Positions 8,319 through 16,262 are shown, numbered from the stretch's first letter. The stretch: 24,000 bases of DNA from Pseudomonadota bacterium (GCA_023436885.1 JAEZHI010000038.1:1-24000), one strand, 5' to 3'. Program-made: numbers and translations. The notes: generated from the letters alone by a model not told the origin.

Positions 8319-9180
8319 CGGCGTGGTCGCCGTCAGCAAATTCCTGACCTGGTCGGTGGTCGACGGGCCGGGAAACCGCTTCGTGCTGTTCCTGCAGGGG
8401 TGCAATTTCCGTTGCGTGACCTGCCACAACCCACACACCATCGGCATCTGCAACGACTGCGGCAGCTGCGTTGCCGTATGTCCGTCGGGCGCCCTGACCA
8501 AGACCGGACGCAAGGTCGTCCACGACCCGGCCCCTTGCATTTCCTGCGATAGTTGCCTTGCCGCCTGCCCGACACGCGCCAATCCCATGGTGCGGCGGAT
8601 GACGGTCGCAGATATCCTCGATCTCCTCCGCCGCAACGGAGCCTTTCTCAATGGCCTTACCGTGTCGGGCGGCGAGGCAACGATCCATCTCGAATTTCTG
8701 ATCGACCTCTTCAAGGCGGTTCGGGCCGCACCCGATCTATCGCACCTCACCCTCTTCATCGACAGCAACGGCCATTTGCCGGCCGAGGATTGGCAGAGAA
8801 TACTCCCCCTGACCGATGGCGTGATGCTGGATATCAAGGCTTTCGATCCCGAACGCCACCGCCGTCTCACCGGCGCTGACAATACACTCTCGATTGCTTC
8901 GGCCAGATTGCTGGCGGCAGCCGGCAAACTCTATGAGCTGCGCTTCTTGATGATTCCCGGCGAGACCGATCGTTCCGAAGAAATTGCGGCGCTCGCGGCA
9001 ATGGCGAACGAACTCGGTGTGGACACCCGGCTCCGTCTCAATGCTTTCCAGCACCACGGCGTCCGCGGCGCGGCTGCGACGTGGGCGGCAATGCCACGCG
9101 AAGGCGTCGAGACGGCTGCTGCGACGCTCAAGGCTGCGGGCATAAGTGAGGTGGCGGTGCCTTCGGTCTGGTTACCCTGA
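8311..9180 (+). CDS. Glycyl-radical enzyme activating protein (radical SAM, YjjW-type with a ferredoxin-like insert)
   Basis: GPGNRFVLFLQGCNFRCVTCHNP carries the CX3CX2C radical-SAM cluster motif (8401-8424). Two further Cys clusters follow, CNDCGSCVAVCP and CISCDSCLAACP. The SAM-binding motif SGGEAT is present. The GTG start at 8311 overlaps the upstream stop (GTGCCTGA). An alternative GTG lies at 8323. Confidence 0.9.
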   Translation: MPDGVVAVSKFLTWSVVDGPGNRFVLFLQGCNFRCVTCHNPHTIGICNDCGSCVAVCPSGALTKTGRKVVHDPAPCISCDSCLAACPTRANPMVRRMTVADILDLLRRNGAFLNGLTVSGGEATIHLEFLIDLFKAVRAAPDLSHLTLFIDSNGHLPAEDWQRILPLTDGVMLDIKAFDPERHRRLTGADNTLSIASARLLAAAGKLYELRFLMIPGETDRSEEIAALAAMANELGVDTRLRLNAFQHHGVRGAAATWAAMPREGVETAAATLKAAGISEVAVPSVWLP

Positions 9181-9319
9181 GACGGAAAGTTCCCACTCGA
9201 TCCGCCATCGTCAATTGGCGGGACTCAATGAACTCTATGTCGGGCGTCGAATTTCCTTCGCCCACCGGCTTGCTCATGTTCGGCACAATGACGCCGTTCA
9301 CCTGAGGAGCCGCCCGACC

Positions 9320-10837
9320 ATGTTGATGCACCATCTTCTTTATCGCGCTGCCGAGCGCGCACCAGACGCTGTTGCGCTCAACTGGGTGGACCGCAACTTG
9401 GCTCTCACCGCCGCCGAGGCAGTGGATGGGATGGAGAGGATGGCGGGTGCACTGGCGTATCTCGGCGTCGCGCCCGGCGACCGGGTGCTTGTCTTCGCTC
9501 ATAACGGCATGGACTATCTGCTTGCCATGCTGGGAACCTGGCGGCTCGGCGCTATATCGGCGTTGGTCAACGTCAAATATGCAGACGACCTTGCCTATTA
9601 CGTCGACGACCATCGCCCCAAGGCAATCATCTACACTCATGACATGGAGAAGCCCGTAAAGGCTGCGGCCGCCGCCGTGGGATGCGTCGCGCACCTCATC
9701 TGCATGGATGGCCCGCAGGAAGGCGCCCATGCGTTGCCCGAACTTTTATCGGCTCGCTTCGCACCGCCGATGGATCCCGAAGACGCCACCGCCATCGCCC
9801 ACCTGTCCTACACCTCCGGCACGACGGGCAAACCCAAGGGCGCCTGCCTCGCTCACGAACCGACGGTCACTGCCGCACGCTGTATCGGCGAGCGGTTGCG
9901 CATCCGCGCCGCCGATCGCTCTTTCGGGCCGACGGCCTTGTCGAGCTCCTATCAACTGGTCGCCAATCTGCTGCCACCGATGGCAGCGGGCGCCACCGTC
10001 AACGTCATGGGCAAATGGACCCAGGCGACCGGCTGGGAGGCTCTCGAGCGAACCGGCGCTACGTTTTTCGTCGGCAATCCGGTCGTGCTGACCGAACTTC
10101 TTGAGGAATCTCAGGCACGCGGCCGGCTGCCATCGCCGCTGCGCTTCGGCCTTTCCGGCGGTGGGCCGGTGCCTCCAACCCTGCGGAAGGCATTCCGCGA
10201 CGTGCTGAAGCTGCCGCTGGTCGAGAGTTTCGGTCAGAGCGAGATTGGCGGTTTCTTCGCCCTCGGTTTTCCCGAACTCGAAACCGACGACAGCAAGCTT
10301 GTCCGTGTCGGCCCCGGCACGCCAGACAAGGAAGTGGCCATCCTCACAACAGCGGGAACCAGAGCACCCATCGGAACGGTGGGTGAAATCTGCCTGAGAG
10401 GCGGCTTCATGGCTGGCTACTGGGGCCGGCCCGAGAAAACCGCCGAGGCAACACGCGGCGGCTGGCTGCACTCCGGAGATCTCGGAAGCATCGATGCCGA
10501 TGGGTATGTCACGATGCGTGGCCGCCTCGCCGAACTGGTCACAGTGGAAGGGATCGACTGGTTCCCTCGCGATGTTGAGGAAGCTCTTGCCGCCCAACCC
10601 GGCGTGCTGCTGGCCGCATTGGTCGGCGTGCCCAATCCCAAGGGTGGCAACACACCGATCGCCTTCATAACCGAACGCCCGGGCGCAACGGTCGATGTCG
10701 CGGCGCTCAAGGCCGCCATCGCGCCGCTCGTCTCTTACGATGTGGCACCTCTGATCATCCGCAAGGCGACAAGCCTGCCCATGACGCCAACCGGCAAGAT
10801 CGCCAAGGCCACCCTTGCCGCCGAAGCCGCAGCGTGA
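9320..10837 (+). CDS. Adenylate-forming acyl-CoA synthetase / AMP-dependent ligase (ANL superfamily)
   Basis: AMP-binding core motif LSYTSGTTGKPKG, then GQSEIGG, GWLHSGDLG and the C-terminal catalytic Lys region PMTPTGKIAK. The track ORF begins at 9146, but ATG 9320 (MLMHHLLYRAAERAPDAVAL) follows GAGGAG with a 10-nt spacer and matches the usual family N-terminus. Confidence 0.9.
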   Translation: MLMHHLLYRAAERAPDAVALNWVDRNLALTAAEAVDGMERMAGALAYLGVAPGDRVLVFAHNGMDYLLAMLGTWRLGAISALVNVKYADDLAYYVDDHRPKAIIYTHDMEKPVKAAAAAVGCVAHLICMDGPQEGAHALPELLSARFAPPMDPEDATAIAHLSYTSGTTGKPKGACLAHEPTVTAARCIGERLRIRAADRSFGPTALSSSYQLVANLLPPMAAGATVNVMGKWTQATGWEALERTGATFFVGNPVVLTELLEESQARGRLPSPLRFGLSGGGPVPPTLRKAFRDVLKLPLVESFGQSEIGGFFALGFPELETDDSKLVRVGPGTPDKEVAILTTAGTRAPIGTVGEICLRGGFMAGYWGRPEKTAEATRGGWLHSGDLGSIDADGYVTMRGRLAELVTVEGIDWFPRDVEEALAAQPGVLLAALVGVPNPKGGNTPIAFITERPGATVDVAALKAAIAPLVSYDVAPLIIRKATSLPMTPTGKIAKATLAAEAAA

Positions 10838-11655
10838 GTGACGACATGACCTCCTTTTCCTGGTGGAACCTCTCCACCGCGGACTTCGCGGGCCGCGATC
10901 TGTCAAGAACAGTGGTCGTACTGCCCGTCGGAGCAATCGAACAACACGGCCCACATTTGCCGGTCAGCGTCGACGCAGCGATCAACGCCGGCGTACTGGC
11001 CGATGCACTGACGAAGCTTGCTGCCGACACTGACGTTCTGGTCCTGCCTCCCCTGCCCTATGGCAAATCCGACGAGCACATCGCTTTCCCGGGAACGATT
11101 GCCGTCACAGGCGAAACGCTGGCGCGCATCTGGTTCGAAATCGCCGAAAGCGTCCACCGGGCCGGTGTCCACAAGCTGGTCTTCTTCAATGCCCATGGCG
11201 GCCAGATCGCCCTGATCGACATCGTCTGCCGCGAAATTCGCGTGAAGCTCGGCATGCTGGCCGTCGCCTGCTCTTGGTTCCGCATCACCGCCGTCGATGA
11301 CATCATTTCAGCCGCCGAATCGACGCATGGCATCCACGGGGGGGACCTGGAGACCAGTGTCATGCTGCATCTCCATGGCGACCTCGTTGCCATGGAGAAA
11401 GCCGAGGACTTCGTGCCGCTGACCGTCGAGATCGAGGCGTCCGGCAGCCTTTTGACCGCCGAGGGAGCTGTCGGTTTCGGCTGGCAGGCACAGGATCTTC
11501 ACCCCTGTGGCGTCGCAGGAAATGCCAGGATCGCCACAGCCGAAAAAGGACGGATCATCGTCGACCGCGCCGGATCGGCTTTCGTCGCCTTGCTTGGGGA
11601 TGTTGCAGGCTTCGATCTCGACCGATTGACGAGGCGCACGGCGTTTTCTCAATGA
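10834..11655 (+). CDS. Creatininase-family metal-dependent amidohydrolase
   Basis: LPVGAIEQHGPHLPVSVD, PYGKSDEHIAFPGTI, FFNAHGGQ and HGGDLETSVML match the creatininase-fold signature segments (the family of creatinine amidohydrolase, ArfB and MftE). The GTG at 10834 overlaps the ligase stop (GTGA). An alternative ATG lies at 10846. Confidence 0.85.
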   Translation: MSDDMTSFSWWNLSTADFAGRDLSRTVVVLPVGAIEQHGPHLPVSVDAAINAGVLADALTKLAADTDVLVLPPLPYGKSDEHIAFPGTIAVTGETLARIWFEIAESVHRAGVHKLVFFNAHGGQIALIDIVCREIRVKLGMLAVACSWFRITAVDDIISAAESTHGIHGGDLETSVMLHLHGDLVAMEKAEDFVPLTVEIEASGSLLTAEGAVGFGWQAQDLHPCGVAGNARIATAEKGRIIVDRAGSAFVALLGDVAGFDLDRLTRRTAFSQ

Positions 11656-11659
11656 TCCC

Positions 11660-12445
11660 TCAGGCTTTCGCAGCAAGCCGCCTCAACCGGCGGCGGCGAT
11701 AGGCCTCGCTCAGGCCAACGAGTACCGCCGTCAAGACCAGAACGACGACCTGCATGGCATTGAGATCGGGTCTGAGCTCCCGCCGGAATTCGGAGGCCAC
11801 CATCAGCGACAGCGGTTGTGTTCGGCCGGCGAGAAACATCGCGATGGTCAGATCAGCCAGCGACAGGATGACACCCACCGAATAGGCGCCCGACAAAGCC
11901 GGCCTGATCTGCGGCAGCAACACGCGCAGGAATGCCTGCCATGGCGAAGCGCCGAGATCGCGCGCCGCTTCGATCAGACGACGGTCGAATCGGATCATGA
12001 CCGCCGATATCAAGGCGGTGGCAAAGGGAAGCGCCACCAGCGATTGGGCGAGAATCAACGCCGTCGCCCCGCGCTCGAAGCCGATGCGACTCATGATCAT
12101 CGCCTGTGCGATCGACAGGACACTCTTCGGAACCAGAAATGGGACGAGCAACAGCACCGCAAAGAGGCCGCGCCAACGAAACCCAGGCGCTGTCAGGGCA
12201 AGCGAAGCCATCAGGCCGAACAGCATGGCGAGGATGCCAACCGGCTGGGAAATCAGGAACGACGTGACGAAGCCCTTGAGGAAATTCTCGTTCTGCGCCA
12301 GCTCGCGATACCATTCGAGCGTGAAGCCTGACAGCGGGAACGCCATTAGGGCCGAATCGTTGAAGGAAAACACGGCGAGCACGACGAGCGGCAGATAGAG
12401 AAATCCTGCCGCGATGATGAGCACGGAAAGACTGGACCGTCCCAT
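11660..12445 (-). CDS. ABC transporter permease (PotC/PotI-like, binding-protein-dependent inner-membrane component)
   Basis: About 261 aa and multi-pass hydrophobic. The EAA-type loop is LIEAARDLGASPWQAFLRVLLPQIRPAL. The ATG at 12445 overlaps the upstream permease stop (TGATG). The track uses TTG 12448. Confidence 0.9.
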   Translation of the reverse strand: MGRSSLSVLIIAAGFLYLPLVVLAVFSFNDSALMAFPLSGFTLEWYRELAQNENFLKGFVTSFLISQPVGILAMLFGLMASLALTAPGFRWRGLFAVLLLVPFLVPKSVLSIAQAMIMSRIGFERGATALILAQSLVALPFATALISAVMIRFDRRLIEAARDLGASPWQAFLRVLLPQIRPALSGAYSVGVILSLADLTIAMFLAGRTQPLSLMVASEFRRELRPDLNAMQVVVLVLTAVLVGLSEAYRRRRLRRLAAKA

Positions 12446-13305
12446 CAAACCCTCCCCATCACGGCGCGCGCACCTTTAAAGCGCAGCAGCAATCCGGCCA
12501 TCGCCGACGCCACGAGGAACAATGTTGCGAGCAGAGCCAAGGCCAGAGCCGAAGCGAGCGGCCAGTCGAAGGCCGTTCCGAACAGATTGTCAACGAGCGC
12601 CATGGCCGTGGAACCCGACGTGCCGCCCAGAAGGCTAGGCGTCAGCATCTCACCTGCGGACAGGGCAAAAACCGTGAGGCTGCCGGCGGCAAGGCCGGGG
12701 GTGGTGAGTGGGAAAACGACACGGGAAAAGGCATCGACCGGTCGCGCGCCCAGATCGCGTGCCGCCTCGATCAGCCGTCGATCGATCATTTCGGCCGATA
12801 CCCAGATGGCGAGCACCATGAAGGGCAGATTGTTGTAGGTGAGGACGAGGCCGATGGTAAAGGGCGAAAACAACAGGAATTTCAATGGTTCATCAATAAG
12901 GCCTAATCCCTGGAGTATCGAGTTGATAAGGCCCTCTCCGCCCAGCACCATACGCCAGGCGTAGATGCGCACGATCTCGCCAGTGTAGAGCGGTGTCAGC
13001 AGTACGATGATGGCGAGCCCCTTTCCCGAGGCTGCAAGGCGCGTCAACGCCAGCGCTACCGGGTAGCCGAGAAAGGCCGTGAACATCGTGGTTGCAACAC
13101 CCGAAAGCACGGCCTTGCCAATCAGGAACCAGTCAGTCGAAGAGGCGAACAGCTCTCCCCATGCCCTGAATGAAAAGGCCGGGACCAGCTCGAAATCTTC
13201 CACCTCGTAAAAGCTGAAAGCAACGAGAACGGCGAGTGGCGCAAGACATCCCGCCACGATCGCCGCCGCAACCGGCAGCGCAAGATGGCGCTGGCGGAAG
13301 ATCAT
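12445..13305 (-). CDS. ABC transporter permease (PotB/PotH-like)
   Basis: 286 aa and hydrophobic. The EAA loop is LIEAARDLGARPVDAFSRVVFPLTTPGL. The ATG at 13305 overlaps the ATPase stop (ATGA). Confidence 0.9.
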   Translation of the reverse strand: MIFRQRHLALPVAAAIVAGCLAPLAVLVAFSFYEVEDFELVPAFSFRAWGELFASSTDWFLIGKAVLSGVATTMFTAFLGYPVALALTRLAASGKGLAIIVLLTPLYTGEIVRIYAWRMVLGGEGLINSILQGLGLIDEPLKFLLFSPFTIGLVLTYNNLPFMVLAIWVSAEMIDRRLIEAARDLGARPVDAFSRVVFPLTTPGLAAGSLTVFALSAGEMLTPSLLGGTSGSTAMALVDNLFGTAFDWPLASALALALLATLFLVASAMAGLLLRFKGARAVMGRV

Positions 13306-14396
13306 GAGACAACCCTTGTGATGAAGCCGCGGCCGGCATCAAACCAGAGAGCCACCGGCGAGCCTGGCGAATAGAGCGTTTCGGCAGCGAAGCGCAGGGG
13401 CAATCCGGACACGTCGGCCTCGATCATGCTGCGCTCGCCCTGGAAAACACAGTTGCTGACCGTTCCGCTGAAGGTCGCCGTCCCGTCCCCTCGCGTCGAC
13501 AACAGCTCGGGTCGGATTACCAACACTGCGGTATCGCCGCTGACGAGCCCATCGGCAACGGGTGCGGTAATCGCTCCAAGCGCCGTTTCGATGGTCGCCT
13601 CGTCACCGAGGCGCTGCAGGATCTTGCCCTCGACCAAGGTAGAGTTGCCGATGAAGTCAGCGACGAAGCTGTCAGCGGGACGGCTATAGATGGTCTGCGG
13701 GTCTGCCTTCTGAGCGATATGTCCCTTGTTCATCACCACCACAATATCGGACAGTGCAAAGGCTTCCTCCTGATCGTGCGTCACATAGACGAAGGCAATA
13801 CCCAGGCGGCGCTGCAGGGCTTTCAGCTCGATCTGCAAATGCGCGCGCATCTTGCGATCGAGAGCGGACAAGGGTTCGTCCAAAAGAAGAAGCCGCGGCT
13901 CGGCGATGATCGACCGCGCGACGGCGACACGCTGTTGCTGCCCGCCGGAGAGCTGATGCGGAAAGCGGTCACCGAAATCAGCCATATGCACAGCGTCGAG
14001 AGCGCGGCGCACGCGTGCTGATAAGTCGGAGACGCCGCCCCTGAGCTTTAGCGCGAAGGCGACATTCTCGTTGACCGTGAGATGGGGGAAGAGAGCATAC
14101 GATTGAAAGACGGTGTTGACGGGACGACGCTCGGGCGGAACGCCGGCGAGCGGCGTGTTGTCGAGCAGCATATCACCGGCATTCGGCGTCTCGAAACCGG
14201 CGATCATCCGGAGAACCGTCGTCTTGCCGCACCCTGACGGCCCGAGCAAGGTCAGGAAGGCACGTTCGGGAACATCGAGATCGATGCCATCCACCGCCGT
14301 CGCGCGACCGAATTTCTTGACGACACCTCGCATGGCAAGAAGCAGCGGCGACAATGCCGGCTCCGTCCGCTTTTGAATACCGCTATCCACCACCAT
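13302..14396 (-). CDS. ABC transporter ATP-binding protein (PotA/PotG-like, with C-terminal regulatory/TOBE-like extension)
   Basis: Walker A GPSGCGKTT, Q-loop FQSYALFPH, signature LSGGQQQRVAVAR, Walker B LLLLDEP and H-loop VTHDQ. The first ATG is at 14396. The track starts one codon earlier at TTG 14399. Confidence 0.92.
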   Translation of the reverse strand: MVVDSGIQKRTEPALSPLLLAMRGVVKKFGRATAVDGIDLDVPERAFLTLLGPSGCGKTTVLRMIAGFETPNAGDMLLDNTPLAGVPPERRPVNTVFQSYALFPHLTVNENVAFALKLRGGVSDLSARVRRALDAVHMADFGDRFPHQLSGGQQQRVAVARSIIAEPRLLLLDEPLSALDRKMRAHLQIELKALQRRLGIAFVYVTHDQEEAFALSDIVVVMNKGHIAQKADPQTIYSRPADSFVADFIGNSTLVEGKILQRLGDEATIETALGAITAPVADGLVSGDTAVLVIRPELLSTRGDGTATFSGTVSNCVFQGERSMIEADVSGLPLRFAAETLYSPGSPVALWFDAGRGFITRVVS

Positions 14397-14411
14397 CAAT
14401 GCCCCGGTTTC

Positions 14412-14481
14412 CGAGGTCGGACTTGCGAAGCCCGACCTCGTTCGACAAGCAAACTCCGCACCGCCCGGCCAGGACCGGGCG
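14412..14481. repeat. Two intercistronic GC-rich palindromic hairpins between the binding-protein gene and the ATPase gene
   Basis: Hairpin 1 is CGAGGTCGG (14412-14420) pairing with CCGACCTCG (14432-14440), around an internally palindromic loop A-CTTGCGAAG-C. Hairpin 2 is CGCCCGG (14462-14468) pairing with CCGGGCG (14475-14481), with loop CCAGGA. No T-tract follows either one on the coding (minus) strand. Confidence 0.6.
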
Positions 14482-14495
14482 ATGCGAGCGGCAGA

Positions 14496-15578
14496 TCAAG
14501 CAGCCTTGACCTCGTTCCAGACCTTCAGCCACTCCGAATAATTGTCCGGCGCAACCGGCCACATGAAGTTCTGCATGACCGAGAGATCATCAACGAAGAT
14601 CGCCTCCTGCTTCTCGTGGCTGAGCTTGTCGCGGATAATCGACGAGGTCGTCGCGTAGTTGCCGATCTCGGCGATGGTTGAGGCATAATCGGCGCCAAGC
14701 AGATAGTCGGCGAATTTGTAGGCGATTTCCACCTTCTCGTCCGGCAAGCTGGCCGGAATGCCGAAGCAATCGCACCAACCCATGATGCCGGCCTTTGGCT
14801 TGGCCATCGCCACCTTCATCTTGTCCTTCAAGGCGTCATAGGGCACACGCCAGGAGAAGGCGGCCGTCACCTCGCCAGTGGCGAAGAGATTGGTCAGATC
14901 GCCGATGGTCTGCCAGTAAGTCCTGAGAAGCGGCTTCTGGGCGATCAACGCCTTCTTGACCTCAGCCAGCTCATCGGATGTCAGTAGGAAGGCACGCTCG
15001 CGCGGAATGCCGATGTGCAGGGCGCCAATGGCGATTGATTCCAGCGCGTAGTCGCGCATGGCAAGCTGACCTTTGAACTTCGGGTCGAACAGCGTCGAGT
15101 AGGTCGGCTCTTCGGTATAGATGTCGGACCGGTAGACGATGGGGTTGAGACCCCAGAGATAGGGAATGGCGTATGTCGCGCCGTCTTCGCCCTTCACCTT
15201 CGGCGTCGTCTTGAACACATCATACATGTGCGCAACGTTCGGAACCTTGGAGAGATCGAGCGGCTTCAGTACCTTGGCCTTGATGTACCGCCAGGCACCG
15301 TTCAAAGAGGGATTGACGATGTCCCAGTCGGAAGCCGAACCGGTCTTCAGCGCCGCGAACTGGGCATCTTCGCTGGACAGGAAGGACAGCTTCACCTTGG
15401 TGCCGGTCGCCTTCTCGAACGCCGCGACATATTCGGGATGACCGTTTGAATCCCAGGTTGCCCAGACAATCTCGGAGACGGCCGCCGAGGCCCGCCCCAT
15501 CGGCCCAAGGAGCGAAAGTCCTGCGCCGGCTGCCAATCCCCCGAGCATCTGGCGACGGTTGAGTATGAAACGCTGCAT
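14496..15578 (-). CDS. Periplasmic substrate-binding protein of a PotD/PotF-type (polyamine/opine-like) ABC importer
   Basis: About 360 aa from MQRFILNRRQMLGGLAAGAGLSLLGPMGRASA (signal peptide with an RR motif, ending ASA). It is the first gene of a four-gene minus-strand transporter operon. ATG 15578 is preceded by GAGAGGGG. The upstream 28 codons of the track ORF are probably not translated. The ligand cannot be inferred from the sequence. Confidence 0.85.
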   Translation of the reverse strand: MQRFILNRRQMLGGLAAGAGLSLLGPMGRASAAVSEIVWATWDSNGHPEYVAAFEKATGTKVKLSFLSSEDAQFAALKTGSASDWDIVNPSLNGAWRYIKAKVLKPLDLSKVPNVAHMYDVFKTTPKVKGEDGATYAIPYLWGLNPIVYRSDIYTEEPTYSTLFDPKFKGQLAMRDYALESIAIGALHIGIPRERAFLLTSDELAEVKKALIAQKPLLRTYWQTIGDLTNLFATGEVTAAFSWRVPYDALKDKMKVAMAKPKAGIMGWCDCFGIPASLPDEKVEIAYKFADYLLGADYASTIAEIGNYATTSSIIRDKLSHEKQEAIFVDDLSVMQNFMWPVAPDNYSEWLKVWNEVKAA

Positions 15579-15767
15579 GTGAGACCCCTCTCGCTTGCGG
15601 AAAACAGTCCTGTTCCCTTTTATTTTGGGAAAGTCTGCCTTGGGCCTCCGGGCACCGTCCATATGGCGGTCACAATAGACACTATAGGCACATGCCTAGG
15701 CCGGGTGCTTATGCATGCCGAGAATCTCGACTAAGATCGCTTATGCTGATCAATCAAATGGACCGCC

Positions 15768-16256
15768 ATGCCGCTTCCCGATCTCGACCATGCCATATAT
15801 CTCCGTCGCACCTTTGCCATTGCGGCAGAGACAGCGAAGAACGGAAGTCACCCGTTCGGCGCTCTTCTGGTGAGCGGCGACGGCACGATCCTGATGGAAC
15901 AGGGCAACGCCTATCTGCCCGATCACGACATGACTGGCCACGCCGAGCGTGTGGTCGCAACCCGTGCATCGCAGCGCTTTCAGCCAGCCGAACTTGTCAA
16001 CGCGACGCTCTACTCGTCGGCTGAACCCTGTGCGATGTGTGCTGGCGCTGCCTATTGGGCAGGCATCGGCCGTATTGTTTATGGCCTTTCGGAAAACACG
16101 CTGAAGCAGATCACCGGCAATCATCCGGAGAACCCGACGCTTGACCTGCCCTGCCGGATCGTTCTGGAAAGTGGCCAGCGCCCGGTGGAAGTCGTTGGCC
16201 CACTGCTTGAAGAAGAAGCTGCAGAACTCCACCGATCGTTTTGGGCACAGCGTTGA
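15768..16256 (+). CDS. Zinc-dependent nucleoside/nucleobase deaminase (CMP/dCMP deaminase fold; guanine-deaminase/TadA-like)
   Basis: 162 aa. The zinc-binding motifs HAE (MTGHAERVV) and PCxxC (SAEPCAMCAGA) have the typical spacing. Confidence 0.85.
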   Translation: MPLPDLDHAIYLRRTFAIAAETAKNGSHPFGALLVSGDGTILMEQGNAYLPDHDMTGHAERVVATRASQRFQPAELVNATLYSSAEPCAMCAGAAYWAGIGRIVYGLSENTLKQITGNHPENPTLDLPCRIVLESGQRPVEVVGPLLEEEAAELHRSFWAQR

Positions 16257-16262
16257 GCGGGC

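Noticed and set aside
9746-10954. 402-aa minus-strand ORF opposite the acyl-CoA ligase
   Set aside because: It lies antisense to a gene with complete AMP-binding motifs. It is Arg/Gly-rich and has no domain signature.
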